Origin: Thermoplasmata archaeon
GTDB lineage: Archaea > Thermoplasmatota > Thermoplasmata > GCA-020350865
Direction: 5' to 3'
Assembly: GCA_020348445.1 (NCBI GenBank)
Contig: CP070751.1
Span: 3,713,002 to 3,777,001, forward strand
Length of the DNA stretch: 64,000 nt
The number at the start of each line of letters is the position of its first letter. Within the stretch, counting starts at the first letter, position 1. The notes under the pieces are model-generated. The model worked only from the letters and a program-made list of their open reading frames with translations, did no database searches and was not told where the DNA came from. The position numbers and the translations under genes are program-made. This document shows, in pieces, positions 29,677 to 39,326 of the stretch.

Positions 29677-31383
29677 TTGATAAGAAATACTATTATTACA
29701 TTGACAGTAATGATGTTGTTAATTTTATTTCAAATTCGAGTAATAGCCGATGGAGAAAACGGTCAGGAAAGCTCTTGGTCGGATCCATTTCAACTATCAG
29801 GTCCTCAAACAAATTGCTATATACCGGCAATTGCCGTAAATAATAGTACGGTTCATGTAATTTATTCTCAGCGGAATTATACGGGAATTTATTACAAAAG
29901 AGGTTATAATAATGGTACTATTTGGGAAAATGAAAAATTATTAATAAATGTTACATCGGGAGAACCAGCTATTGCCGTATATAACAATAATGTTCATATT
30001 GTATGGTCAGATTTCAGAAATAATGAAGAAATGAATATTTCAAAAGGATGGGAAATATATTATAAACGAAGTACAGATGGAGGAAATACTTGGTCAGATG
30101 ACATGAGATTAAGTAATGCCGATAATAATATCTCCGGAACCCCTAATATTGTGTGTGAAGGAGATATTGTTCATGTTGTTTGGGGTGATGCAAGAGATAG
30201 TGTTGGGACTATGTATTATGGATATGGCGGGGCGATATATTATAAAAAAAGTGTTGATAATGGCAACAATTGGACAAACGATACAAGAATAAGTGATACA
30301 AAAGTAAAAGCATTCGTCCCTTCTATAGCAATTTCAGGAAATTATGTTTATGTCGCTTGGAATGATAAAAGAGATTATGTAAATGATGAAATATATTTTA
30401 AAAGAAGTATCGATCAAGGTGAAACATGGGAAAATGATACAAGATTAACTTTCTCAGAAAATATTACATCTTATATTCCTGATATTGCTGCAATGAATGA
30501 ATCAGTATATATTACCTGGGAAGAGGATAATTATTATGATGGTGTGTCGTTCATTAAAAGTGAAAATTATGGTCAGACATGGAGTAATATAACCCCTTTA
30601 ACACCTGGAATACATTTTGTAGGAGTACCAAAGATAGGTATTAATGAAAATTATATTCATATTGCATTTGAAAGAGGTGATTCCCTTGGGGGAGATTTAT
30701 TTTATTTAATAAGTAAGGATTTTGGAGAAAATTGGGAAAATATTAGGAAAATTACTTTTAATGAATTGGTATGGAGTTATGTTAATATTTATGTTATGGG
30801 AAATCTATTACATTTCGTATGGACAGATCCGGGTGAAATAAATTCAATTTTTTATATGAATAATTCTAATTTTGGATTAGGTTTCGTAGGAATAGATGTT
30901 GATGGTGATTGGGTAGAAAACAATAATGATGCGTTCCCAGAAGATCCTGCAGCTAGTATAGATTCAGATGGTGATGGATATCCTGACGAATGGAATCCTT
31001 GGAAGACTAGCGAAGACTCAACAACAGGCTTAAATCTTGATGTATTTCCAAATAATGCAGATGAATGGAATGATACAGATAATGATAGTTTTGGAGATAA
31101 TTATGACGCATTTCCAACAAATCCAAATGAGTGGAAAGATACCGATAATGACAGTTACGGAGACAATGAAGACGTATTTCCGAATGACCCAAATGAATGG
31201 ATTGATTCCGATGGTGATGGTATCGGTGATAATACAGATGCATATCCCAACGATCCTTCAAAATGGGAAAGAGAAGAGTCAAAAGAAGATAATTTTCTCT
31301 TGATTTTATTGATTATTTCAATTTTTATTATAATTTTTATAGTCCTAATATATAAAGTCATTAATGGAAGAAGAAAAAGCTAA
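29677..31383 (+). CDS. Surface protein: BNR propeller, TSP3-like Ca-binding repeats, TM anchor
   Basis: KRSTDGGNTW repeats; D.D.DG..D..DAFP.DP.EW repeats. Confidence 0.82.
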   Translation: MIRNTIITLTVMMLLILFQIRVIADGENGQESSWSDPFQLSGPQTNCYIPAIAVNNSTVHVIYSQRNYTGIYYKRGYNNGTIWENEKLLINVTSGEPAIAVYNNNVHIVWSDFRNNEEMNISKGWEIYYKRSTDGGNTWSDDMRLSNADNNISGTPNIVCEGDIVHVVWGDARDSVGTMYYGYGGAIYYKKSVDNGNNWTNDTRISDTKVKAFVPSIAISGNYVYVAWNDKRDYVNDEIYFKRSIDQGETWENDTRLTFSENITSYIPDIAAMNESVYITWEEDNYYDGVSFIKSENYGQTWSNITPLTPGIHFVGVPKIGINENYIHIAFERGDSLGGDLFYLISKDFGENWENIRKITFNELVWSYVNIYVMGNLLHFVWTDPGEINSIFYMNNSNFGLGFVGIDVDGDWVENNNDAFPEDPAASIDSDGDGYPDEWNPWKTSEDSTTGLNLDVFPNNADEWNDTDNDSFGDNYDAFPTNPNEWKDTDNDSYGDNEDVFPNDPNEWIDSDGDGIGDNTDAYPNDPSKWEREESKEDNFLLILLIISIFIIIFIVLIYKVINGRRKS

Positions 31384-31405
31384 CCATTTGTTAGTTGAGC
31401 AAAAA

Positions 31406-31747
31406 GACAATCCCCTCCTATTAAGAAAGCGTGCCGAGCATAAGGGGGACGGCTTCGTTTTCGGATTTCGAAGAAATTTGAAAACTAAGTGGGCGAGCGA
31501 AGCGAGACCACGCAGGCGCAGGCACAAGACGGTCTGGGGAGGAAGAAGGTAAGAGCAAAGGACGCAGGCCTCCGTGGAAGCTCCGCCCGAGATAGCCCGT
31601 TTTATTGGGCGAACGAGCAGGTGAAGAAAGCAATAGCAAAATGAGCCAGCGCAGTGAGCGAACGGGGCTTAGAAACGGCATGAGGACAATATCCCAACGA
31701 CATTTCCGAGGCCTGCGTCCGTCTAAAAGAAAATGGAGGGGAATGTC
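31406..31747 (+). repeat. Repeat copy H (full length, 342 bp; contains an empty IS target)
   Basis: Both TIRs; perfect stem 31560-31572/31708-31720. Confidence 0.93.
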
Positions 31748-31778
31748 GAAAACTTTTAAAAAGGTTTAAATATGAGCG

Positions 31779-31851
31779 TATCGTTATTAATGAAAACGGC
31801 GAGAATCGTTAATAAGAATCTGAAGTTGTATCCTTATTAATGAGGACGATA
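31779..31851. promoter_or_regulatory. Three related boxes (TATCGTTATTAATGA-like) upstream of fic
   Basis: Boxes near 31779, 31804 and 31829. Confidence 0.4.
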
Positions 31852-31853
31852 AT

Positions 31854-33011
31854 ATGAAATTTCCAACAGACCGTGCAGGTAAGTATAAGAAGCATAAGAA
31901 TGGTTATAAGACATTCGTTCCTAAATCCCTGCCGCCCAATCCACCTCTTGAGTTGGATGGTCAATTATTGAGATTATTATCAAAAGCCGACCAGGCACTT
32001 GGGCGATTGGATGGTGTAACCGAAGTTCTTCCGAATCCGGATCTTTTTGTAATAATGTATATAAAGAAAGAAGCGGTATTGTCGTCACAGATAGAAGGAA
32101 CTCAAGCCTCATTAATGGACGTGTTGGAATTTGAAGCCAAGGCCCTTGACCCTTTTAAATCTAGGGATGTAAGGGAAGTTGTAAATTATATAAAAGGAAT
32201 AAATTACGGTTTGGATCAAATAAAACAGGATAAGAATATCAGTATTTCCATGATCAGGAAAATACATGCTTATCTTCTTGAGGATACGAGAGGTGGAGAA
32301 AGGGATTCGGGAAATTTAAGGAATATACAAAATTGGATAGGGCCGCCTGGTTGTGATATCTCAGAGGCCATATTCATCCCTCCTGAGATAAAAGATATGA
32401 AGATCGCTTTGAAAGATCTTGAGGAATTCATAAAAAAAGATTATGAGTTACCACCATTGATTAAAGCTGGATTGGTCCATTCCCAATTTGAGACCATTCA
32501 CCCATTCATTGATGGCAATGGAAGGATAGGCAGACTTCTTATAACCCTTATATTGACACAGAGTGGCTATCTATCCCGACCGCTTCTATATCCTTCTTAT
32601 TATTTCAAACAAAATCGGGCAGAATACTATGATAGACTCCAGGCTGTTCGGGATATGGGAGAATGGGAATCGTGGTTGGTTTTCTTCCTAAATGGGATGT
32701 ATAAAGCATCAACAGAAGCGATAAAAACTTCCATGAAGATACTTGAATTAAGAAAAAGTCAACAGGAGGTGATCACTGAAAAATTGGGTAAAAAGAGTGG
32801 TTCGGCCCTGAGATTATTTGATGAACTCTATAATAATCCCTTGGTAACAGTAAATTCTATTGCTAAGATAACCGGCCTTTCCTATCCCAATTCCAATCGC
32901 TTAGCATCAATATTTGAGGAGCTGGATATTTTAAAGGAGATCACAGGTCAAAAGCGGAATAGAATATTCGAGTTTATTAAATATATGGATATCTTGAATG
33001 AAGGAATATAG
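31854..33011 (+). CDS. Fic family protein with C-terminal HTH
   Basis: HPFIDGNGRIGR; inhibitory SSQIEG motif. Confidence 0.93.
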   Translation: MKFPTDRAGKYKKHKNGYKTFVPKSLPPNPPLELDGQLLRLLSKADQALGRLDGVTEVLPNPDLFVIMYIKKEAVLSSQIEGTQASLMDVLEFEAKALDPFKSRDVREVVNYIKGINYGLDQIKQDKNISISMIRKIHAYLLEDTRGGERDSGNLRNIQNWIGPPGCDISEAIFIPPEIKDMKIALKDLEEFIKKDYELPPLIKAGLVHSQFETIHPFIDGNGRIGRLLITLILTQSGYLSRPLLYPSYYFKQNRAEYYDRLQAVRDMGEWESWLVFFLNGMYKASTEAIKTSMKILELRKSQQEVITEKLGKKSGSALRLFDELYNNPLVTVNSIAKITGLSYPNSNRLASIFEELDILKEITGQKRNRIFEFIKYMDILNEGI

Positions 33012-33040
33012 TTCTATTATAATTAATGGAATGAGGGAAA

Positions 33041-33312
33041 GACAATCCTGTGCTGCTTTTTAGCGTGCTGAGGAAGAAGGGGGACGGCTTCACCGCAGGC
33101 ACAAAGACAGGTTTGGTGGAGGAAGAAGGTAAGAGCAAAAGACGCAGGCCTCCGTTAAGAAAGGAGCAATCCGAAAGAACAGAGAGGCAAAACCTTTATC
33201 CTCTTAGAGAGATAATGGTTTTAGGGGTAGGGCTTAGAAATGGGATATTGGCAATACCAAACCCCATTTCCAGGTCAAAGGCCATTTTTCAAAAGAAGAA
33301 AGGGAGAAGTTT
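33041..33312 (+). repeat. Repeat copy I (degenerate full length)
   Basis: All core modules; compensatory GAAATGGG/CCCATTTC. Confidence 0.88.
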
Positions 33313-33343
33313 ATGTATACAAACCATCAATAATTAAAAACAT

Positions 33344-34915
33344 TTGGAATTTGGTAAGAAAGATGCATCAAGTATATATTTAAATAATATCATTTTACCT
33401 TTAAAATCCCAATCTAGGTGGAAAAGCTTGAAAAAAGTTCTCTTGACGGCGGACAAATCTCTATTGAACGATTTTCATCTAAAACAGAATCTATCCCAAT
33501 TTTTTTATGGTTCTGGTGATTTATTGAACAATTGGATATTCAAACTTTTAGTTCCCGACCCAAAGATAGTAAATGGAATTACAAGATTTGCACCATATCC
33601 TTTAAGGAAAATCGAAGCAAAAATGATGGAACTAGGGTATGATGTTTCGACCATTAGTTACAAACAGATTCCCAGCTCCATCAAAGATGCCAAAGTATTG
33701 GGAATTCATACAGTAAATCCATTGGGGTTGGCATTCAATACTTATTTAAGAAACTTTATAAATGAGAGATACGAAAAACCGAGATATTATTTTTCTCAAT
33801 TGATTAAAAATAAACACATAAAAGAAGCAAAGAAAGATGGGTTAAAGATCATCGTTGGAGGCCAAGGTGCTTGGCAATTTGAATCCAATCAAGATTTACT
33901 TGACGAATATGGAATAGACTGTGTAATTATTGGTGAAAGCGAATTAGTAATTGATGAGATTCTATCTGCCGCTTTAAAAGATAAAGATATTCCCAGATTT
34001 GTAAGAGTTAAAAAAAATCAGATACCAAATATAGACCAGATATCAGATATTAAATATCCTTCTGTTTCTGGGTGTATCGAAGTAGGACGTGGATGTCCTA
34101 GACAGTGTAAATTTTGTGAAGTCACTCAGTCAAAATTGAGATGGTATCCATTATCAAAGATAGAAAATGAGCTTATTATTAACAATCAAGCTGATTTAAA
34201 GTATGGTATTTTACATGCAGAGGACATTTTTCTTTATGGTCAACAATCTGTAGTACCCAATAAAAAAAAGATACTAGATTTAATTCGATTATCTAAAAAA
34301 TATCATCGTAATATCCATTTTACACATGTTTCAATTGCTTCAAGTATAGCGATCCCGGATTTAATTGAACATGTAATGGAATTAATACTTCAAGACCAAG
34401 ATTATATGTTGGTCGAAGTTGGAATTGAAACAGGATCAGATAAACTGATAAAAATGAATATGGCCTCAAAAATGAAACCTTTTAAAGCAGAAATGTGGAG
34501 CGATTTAACTATTGAGGCGTTGGGAAAAATGCATGATAATATGATAATCCCTTTTTGTTCGATTATATTTGGATTACCAAATGAAACAATCCAAGATAAA
34601 GAAAAAACATTGGAATTGATTGAAAATCTAAGCGATTATAGATGTATATTCTTTCCTGTAAATTTTATACCCTTGGGAAAATTAAAAAACCACGATCGTC
34701 AATCGAAGAATCTCGAAGATTTAGACGACATTGAAAAAGAAACATGTTTCCGTTGCATAGATCATGATCTTAAATGGATTAAAAAAACAAAAAGATATTT
34801 TTATAAAGAATCGACGTACCATTTATTTATGGAAATATTTTCGAAGATATGGATTTTTCAATACAAAAGAAATGTATCTAAATATAAGAAGAAGTTAAAG
34901 ATTAATACAAAATAA
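33344..34915 (+). CDS. B12-binding radical SAM protein
   Basis: IIVGGQGAW; GRGCPRQCKFC. Confidence 0.85.
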   Translation: MEFGKKDASSIYLNNIILPLKSQSRWKSLKKVLLTADKSLLNDFHLKQNLSQFFYGSGDLLNNWIFKLLVPDPKIVNGITRFAPYPLRKIEAKMMELGYDVSTISYKQIPSSIKDAKVLGIHTVNPLGLAFNTYLRNFINERYEKPRYYFSQLIKNKHIKEAKKDGLKIIVGGQGAWQFESNQDLLDEYGIDCVIIGESELVIDEILSAALKDKDIPRFVRVKKNQIPNIDQISDIKYPSVSGCIEVGRGCPRQCKFCEVTQSKLRWYPLSKIENELIINNQADLKYGILHAEDIFLYGQQSVVPNKKKILDLIRLSKKYHRNIHFTHVSIASSIAIPDLIEHVMELILQDQDYMLVEVGIETGSDKLIKMNMASKMKPFKAEMWSDLTIEALGKMHDNMIIPFCSIIFGLPNETIQDKEKTLELIENLSDYRCIFFPVNFIPLGKLKNHDRQSKNLEDLDDIEKETCFRCIDHDLKWIKKTKRYFYKESTYHLFMEIFSKIWIFQYKRNVSKYKKKLKINTK

Positions 34916-34984
34916 TACGACACTTAATAATGAAAGAAGAAATAGATTGGCGGACATGATTTAGCAATGAATAGATTACAAGCA

Positions 34985-35150
34985 GAAAGGACGGAGTACC
35001 AAAACCTTTATCCTCGTAAGGGCTACCAAAGGTGCCCAAAATTTACCCCAGGGCTTTTTAAGCAACAATGGGAAAGATTTAAAAAGGGCTGAGAGGGATA
35101 ATGGTTTTAGGGGTGGGGCTTAAGGAGACACCCGAAATAAAGCGAGGCTG
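34985..35150 (+). repeat. Repeat copy J (middle module with loop insertion, B-type end)
   Basis: AAAACCTTTATC...GATAATGGTTTTAGGGGTGGGGCTTAAGG...AAGCGAGG. Confidence 0.85.
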
Positions 35151-35202
35151 GAGGCAAAAATAATAGTGACAATTGGAGAAACGTGCCAAAATAATAAAAT
35201 AA

Positions 35203-37224
35203 TTGTTATTAATTGATGAAATCAAAGGAAAGAAGTTGAGAAAGATGAGAAAAATCGTGGGGTTGATGTTATTTGGATTACTTGTTTTAAGTATGGCAGT
35301 TGGAGTCTTTACTATATTACCAAAAATGGTGAGTGCATACACTCCACACGACCCGATATATATAGATGGAAATGTTGATTTTACCGAAGAAAATGGCGTT
35401 TTAGAGGGATCTGGAACTGAAATCGAACCATACATCATCGAAGGATGGGAGATAGATGCCAAAGCCTCTGAGGGGATAAAAATAAAAAACACTACTGTGC
35501 ATTTTATAATAAAAAATTGTATGGTCCATGGAGGTAATACCTATAATGGTATTTCTTTCTATAATGTTACAAATGGTAAGATAGAGAGTTCAACTTGCCA
35601 TAATAACTCAAATGGGATCTATTTTGAAAAATCCTCAAATAATATGATAAGTGCTTCCAATATTCATAACAATTCCAATGCTGGTATATACCTCGCAGGA
35701 TGTTCGAATAATAACGTTGAACTCTCTACAATAGTGGACAATGACTATGGTGTTTATATCGTCAAGTTATTTGTTGACATTGAGCCCATAGGGTACTATG
35801 TTTCCTCATCAAATAATCGACTTGAGGGCTCCGATTTAATAAATAACTCACTGGGTATCCGACTCTATGATGATGTCTCCGGCACCTATATAAACAATAC
35901 TTATGTGTTTCAGGGTGATATTGGTATTGATATTTCTTCCTCTACAGGGACCGTGATTAGCAATTCAACGATATCTTTTTGTGATAAGGGGATTCATTTT
36001 TGGAGTTCATCTTATAATAGGGTGATAAATAGTAGCATTTCATGGAACGCGGAATACGGCATTAAATTTGGGTATACATCGTCAGATAATCTAGTTACTT
36101 ACTCTAATATATCACACAATAATGAGGGTATACTCATTGGAAGTAATAATGATCAGAATCCCACCGATATCTTTATCCATCACAATAATTTCATAAATAA
36201 TACTGTTCAGGCAGGTGACTGGGATATCGGCACCCACAATCATTGGGATGATGGGGCTGAAGGAAATTATTGGTCTGATTACAAAGGTAATGATACAAAC
36301 GATGATGGTGTTGGCGATGAACCCTATAACATAACACTCTTAATTATATATGGGGGTTCTAATCCACCTTGTAATAAGGATTACTTTCCATTGATTAATC
36401 CTATACAAATAGCGATAGTTAGTAATGAGCTTCCAATTCCTGATTTTGATTACTCACCCAAAACACCAACCGATTTAGAATTTGTATACTTTACTGATCT
36501 ATCTTATGACACTGATGGTACGATAGTATCAAGGCACTGGGAATTTGGCGATGGGAACATGAGCAACGATCAAGATCCATATCATAAATACATGGATAAT
36601 GGCACTTACACAATTACTTTGACTGTTACAGACAATACCGATGCAACCAATTCAAATTCCAAGGAGGTAATAGTAACCAACGTGGGACCAAACGCAACCG
36701 CTGGTTGTAATAAAACAAATATTACTGTGGGTGACGTGGTCTCATTTACAGGAACAGGATATGACAACGATGGTAGTATAACCAGTTGGTTTTGGGACTT
36801 TGGCGATGGCAATAATTCACAATTACAAAATCCAACCCATGTATATTCCATATCTGGCACATATACCGTGTCACTAACGGTTACAGATAACGATGATGCC
36901 ACAGCAACCGCTATACTAACGATTGTAGTTAATGAAGATACTGGTGGAGCAGCGTCGGATGATCAAGATGGTAACATCCTTGGCCTCGCCCCTTTTATTT
37001 TCTTTGTCCTGATCGCTGCAATCATAGTTATTTGCACTGTTGTACTTATCCTAAAAAAACAAGCTTTGTTGAGAGGTGATGATAAGCCGATCAAGGCTAA
37101 CGAGAAGAGAAAAAAAAGAAGGCAAAAAGATAATAAAAAAGAATGGACAAAGTGTCCAGAGTGCAAAGTACGCCTTAAAAAGAATAACCTTAAAAGCCAT
37201 ATCAAAAAAGTCCATAAAAAATAA
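35203..37224 (+). CDS. Surface protein: NosD-like beta-helix, 2 PKD domains, TM, cytoplasmic C2H2 zinc finger
   Basis: GNYWSDY; W.FGDG PKD motifs; tail CPECKVRLKKNNLKSHIKKVH. Confidence 0.85.
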   Translation: MLLIDEIKGKKLRKMRKIVGLMLFGLLVLSMAVGVFTILPKMVSAYTPHDPIYIDGNVDFTEENGVLEGSGTEIEPYIIEGWEIDAKASEGIKIKNTTVHFIIKNCMVHGGNTYNGISFYNVTNGKIESSTCHNNSNGIYFEKSSNNMISASNIHNNSNAGIYLAGCSNNNVELSTIVDNDYGVYIVKLFVDIEPIGYYVSSSNNRLEGSDLINNSLGIRLYDDVSGTYINNTYVFQGDIGIDISSSTGTVISNSTISFCDKGIHFWSSSYNRVINSSISWNAEYGIKFGYTSSDNLVTYSNISHNNEGILIGSNNDQNPTDIFIHHNNFINNTVQAGDWDIGTHNHWDDGAEGNYWSDYKGNDTNDDGVGDEPYNITLLIIYGGSNPPCNKDYFPLINPIQIAIVSNELPIPDFDYSPKTPTDLEFVYFTDLSYDTDGTIVSRHWEFGDGNMSNDQDPYHKYMDNGTYTITLTVTDNTDATNSNSKEVIVTNVGPNATAGCNKTNITVGDVVSFTGTGYDNDGSITSWFWDFGDGNNSQLQNPTHVYSISGTYTVSLTVTDNDDATATAILTIVVNEDTGGAASDDQDGNILGLAPFIFFVLIAAIIVICTVVLILKKQALLRGDDKPIKANEKRKKRRQKDNKKEWTKCPECKVRLKKNNLKSHIKKVHKK

Positions 37225-37235
37225 AATGATAATAG

Positions 37236-37353
37236 ACTACGATCTCTAGCGTGTCGAGCATAAGGGATAAGGCTTAGAAATGGCATATTGATGTATAGCT
37301 GAATGTCATTTCCGAGGCCTGCGTCCGTCTAAAAGTAAAAGGAGGGGATTGTC
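37236..37353 (+). repeat. Repeat copy K (central modules absent, A-type end)
   Basis: GCGTGTCGAGCATAAGGG joined almost directly to GGCTTAGAAATGGC...GGGGATTGTC. Confidence 0.9.
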
Positions 37354-37401
37354 CGAAAAATATATTGTGAAAAGCGATATATTGACTATAAAGTGAATTA
37401 A

Positions 37402-37926
37402 ATGATTGACAAAAAACTAAAGCTAATCGAACCATCTATTGATTATCAAAAAGAATATACACAATTTTTAGAAGATTTTAAATCCACTAAAGAGAAATTA
37501 GTACCTTTTATTTTGGAATATGATACATCTAAATTCCCGGGTTTTATTCAGAAGCTGAAGGATTCCTCCATGGGAATCGGCCTCCCTGAAGGATGGATTC
37601 CACATACGACCTTCTGGTTGGTTGATCCGAATAAAAATGTGATTGGTGTTGTAAATATCCGACATAAAATAAATGATAAATTAGAAAGAATTGGCGGCCA
37701 TATTGGGTTTAGTATTGCCCCATCGTATCGAAGGAAGGGGTATGGTAAAATAATACTTAAATTAGCATTAGACAAAGTTAGTAAATTTGGTTTAAAACAA
37801 GTATTACTGACCTGTGATAAAGAAAATATTGGCTCAGTTAAAGTAATCAAATATAACAATGGAGTATTAGACTCAGAAGACATTGTTGATGGAATGAGAA
37901 TCCAAAGATATTGGATAAAAATATGA
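37402..37926 (+). CDS. GNAT acetyltransferase
   Basis: GGHIGFSIAPSYRRKGYG...NIGS.KVI..NNG. Confidence 0.9.
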   Translation: MIDKKLKLIEPSIDYQKEYTQFLEDFKSTKEKLVPFILEYDTSKFPGFIQKLKDSSMGIGLPEGWIPHTTFWLVDPNKNVIGVVNIRHKINDKLERIGGHIGFSIAPSYRRKGYGKIILKLALDKVSKFGLKQVLLTCDKENIGSVKVIKYNNGVLDSEDIVDGMRIQRYWIKI

Positions 37927-37960
37927 GAATTGGTTGGCCTCGGTGAGGTTGAAAAATAAT

Positions 37961-38030
37961 ACAATCCCCTCCTTCAAAAAAGCGTGTTGAGGAAGAAGGT
38001 AGGAAGGTCCCAAGGAAGGCCGAATTATCT
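37961..38030 (+). repeat. Repeat copy L (left part only)
   Basis: ACAATCCCCTCCTT...AAGCGTGTTGAGGAAGAAGGTA. Confidence 0.8.
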
Positions 38031-38078
38031 GATCCTGGAACCATACAACAAAGCATATATTTCACAACTGCATCTCAA

Positions 38079-38633
38079 ATGACTATGCAACAAAGTGATG
38101 ACCCGGGATCAGAGGAGGTAACGTGGCAGGAAAACGTATTTCCTGAGAAAATCGAAAGAACTAACAGAAAGTTCCTTTTGTTTGCTCCTCCCATTGCATT
38201 TGTCGTCCTCTTCACCGTATCGGTACTGATACAGATGGTTGTTCCACACCCCTTATTTCCTTTCTTGGATCTTAGTTTGGCTAGTATAGGAGCGCTGATT
38301 TTATTTTTTGGACCTTATACTGGCTCAAGAAAATTGATAGAAAGAATAGGTTTGACAGAAAATGGTTTTTATGTTGTTGATAGGGCTAAAAGAAAATGGT
38401 TCATCGGCTGGACAGACATATTTTCGATTGAAAAAAGTTATAACGAGATTTACGTTTTGCATTACTATAAAAAGGGAGAAGGGGTTGCATTTGCTCCCTT
38501 GGCTCTTATGGGATACATCGCTTTGGATTTAAAGGACCAATGGGAGGATCAATTGAAGGTTCTTGAGGAAACAACGATTAAGGAGTTAAAGGAAAATGAA
38601 AAGAGGAAAGCGCATATATCAGAGCTGGCTTAA
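38079..38633 (+). CDS. Two-TM hypothetical membrane protein
   Basis: Two helices then a PH-like soluble part. Confidence 0.6.
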   Translation: MTMQQSDDPGSEEVTWQENVFPEKIERTNRKFLLFAPPIAFVVLFTVSVLIQMVVPHPLFPFLDLSLASIGALILFFGPYTGSRKLIERIGLTENGFYVVDRAKRKWFIGWTDIFSIEKSYNEIYVLHYYKKGEGVAFAPLALMGYIALDLKDQWEDQLKVLEETTIKELKENEKRKAHISELA

Positions 38634-39057
38634 GGAGCGAAAGAAAACTCAAACCTTTTCAAGACGATTTATTGCATTTTGTTGGATCGTATGTCCCGTC
38701 CTCGGAATTATCTCTATGCAAGGCAGCGGTTATTCATTTGTCACCATATTTTTTTCCTTGATGGCACTTGTTTATTTGACGGTAGGGACAATATTCGTTC
38801 TATATGGAAGTAAGGAGCTTTGTATCTATGAAAACGGCATCTTGATCCCATACGGTTTAACTAGGAAATTTTTAAAATTCTCGGTTATATCGAAAATAAA
38901 ACTTAACACCACCTCCCAGTCCTTTGTGCCGGAAATTGATATCGTCTTGGATGAGAGAGATGTGGTTAAATATAAAAAAACATTAATCCACGAGTGGAAA
39001 GCTTTCTACAAAACGATGTTGTTTGGGGTGGCTGACAAAGTACAGGTTGTGGAGTAA
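38596..39057 (+). CDS. Two-TM hypothetical membrane protein
   Basis: Same architecture as the upstream gene. Confidence 0.6.
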   Translation: MKRGKRIYQSWLKERKKTQTFSRRFIAFCWIVCPVLGIISMQGSGYSFVTIFFSLMALVYLTVGTIFVLYGSKELCIYENGILIPYGLTRKFLKFSVISKIKLNTTSQSFVPEIDIVLDERDVVKYKKTLIHEWKAFYKTMLFGVADKVQVVE

Positions 39058-39060
39058 TTA

Positions 39061-39160
39061 CGAGGGTTTTTTAGGTGGGGCTTAGAAATAGCATGTGGAC
39101 AAAATCCTAACGTCATTTCCGAGGCCTGCGTACGTTTGAAAGTAAAAGGAGGGGATTGGC
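39061..39160 (+). repeat. Repeat copy M (right part only)
   Basis: GGGGCTTAGAAATAGC...GAGGCCTGCGTACG...AGGAGGGGATTGGC. Confidence 0.88.
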
Positions 39161-39326
39161 GATCTAATATGTCAGAGAAGTATATAGAATTATATTATAC
39201 TATTATACTAACCTCCAAAAATAAATTGCCCTAATTGTCATAAGATAAAATACAATTGTAGAAAAATACTTATACATTAAGGTAGATATAAGTACTAGCG
39301 ATTTAAATAGAAAGGAGGAATTTCAT

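Noticed and set aside
30900-31270. Tandem acidic repeats as a DNA repeat element
   Set aside because: Explained by TSP3-like calcium-binding protein repeats
21687-33337. ORFs overlapping the repeats (21662-21882, 24024-24209, 26800-27042, 31345-31681, 33050-33337, 29258-29503)
   Set aside because: They lie within the palindromic elements, resemble each other only through the repeat, and lack SD or domain signals
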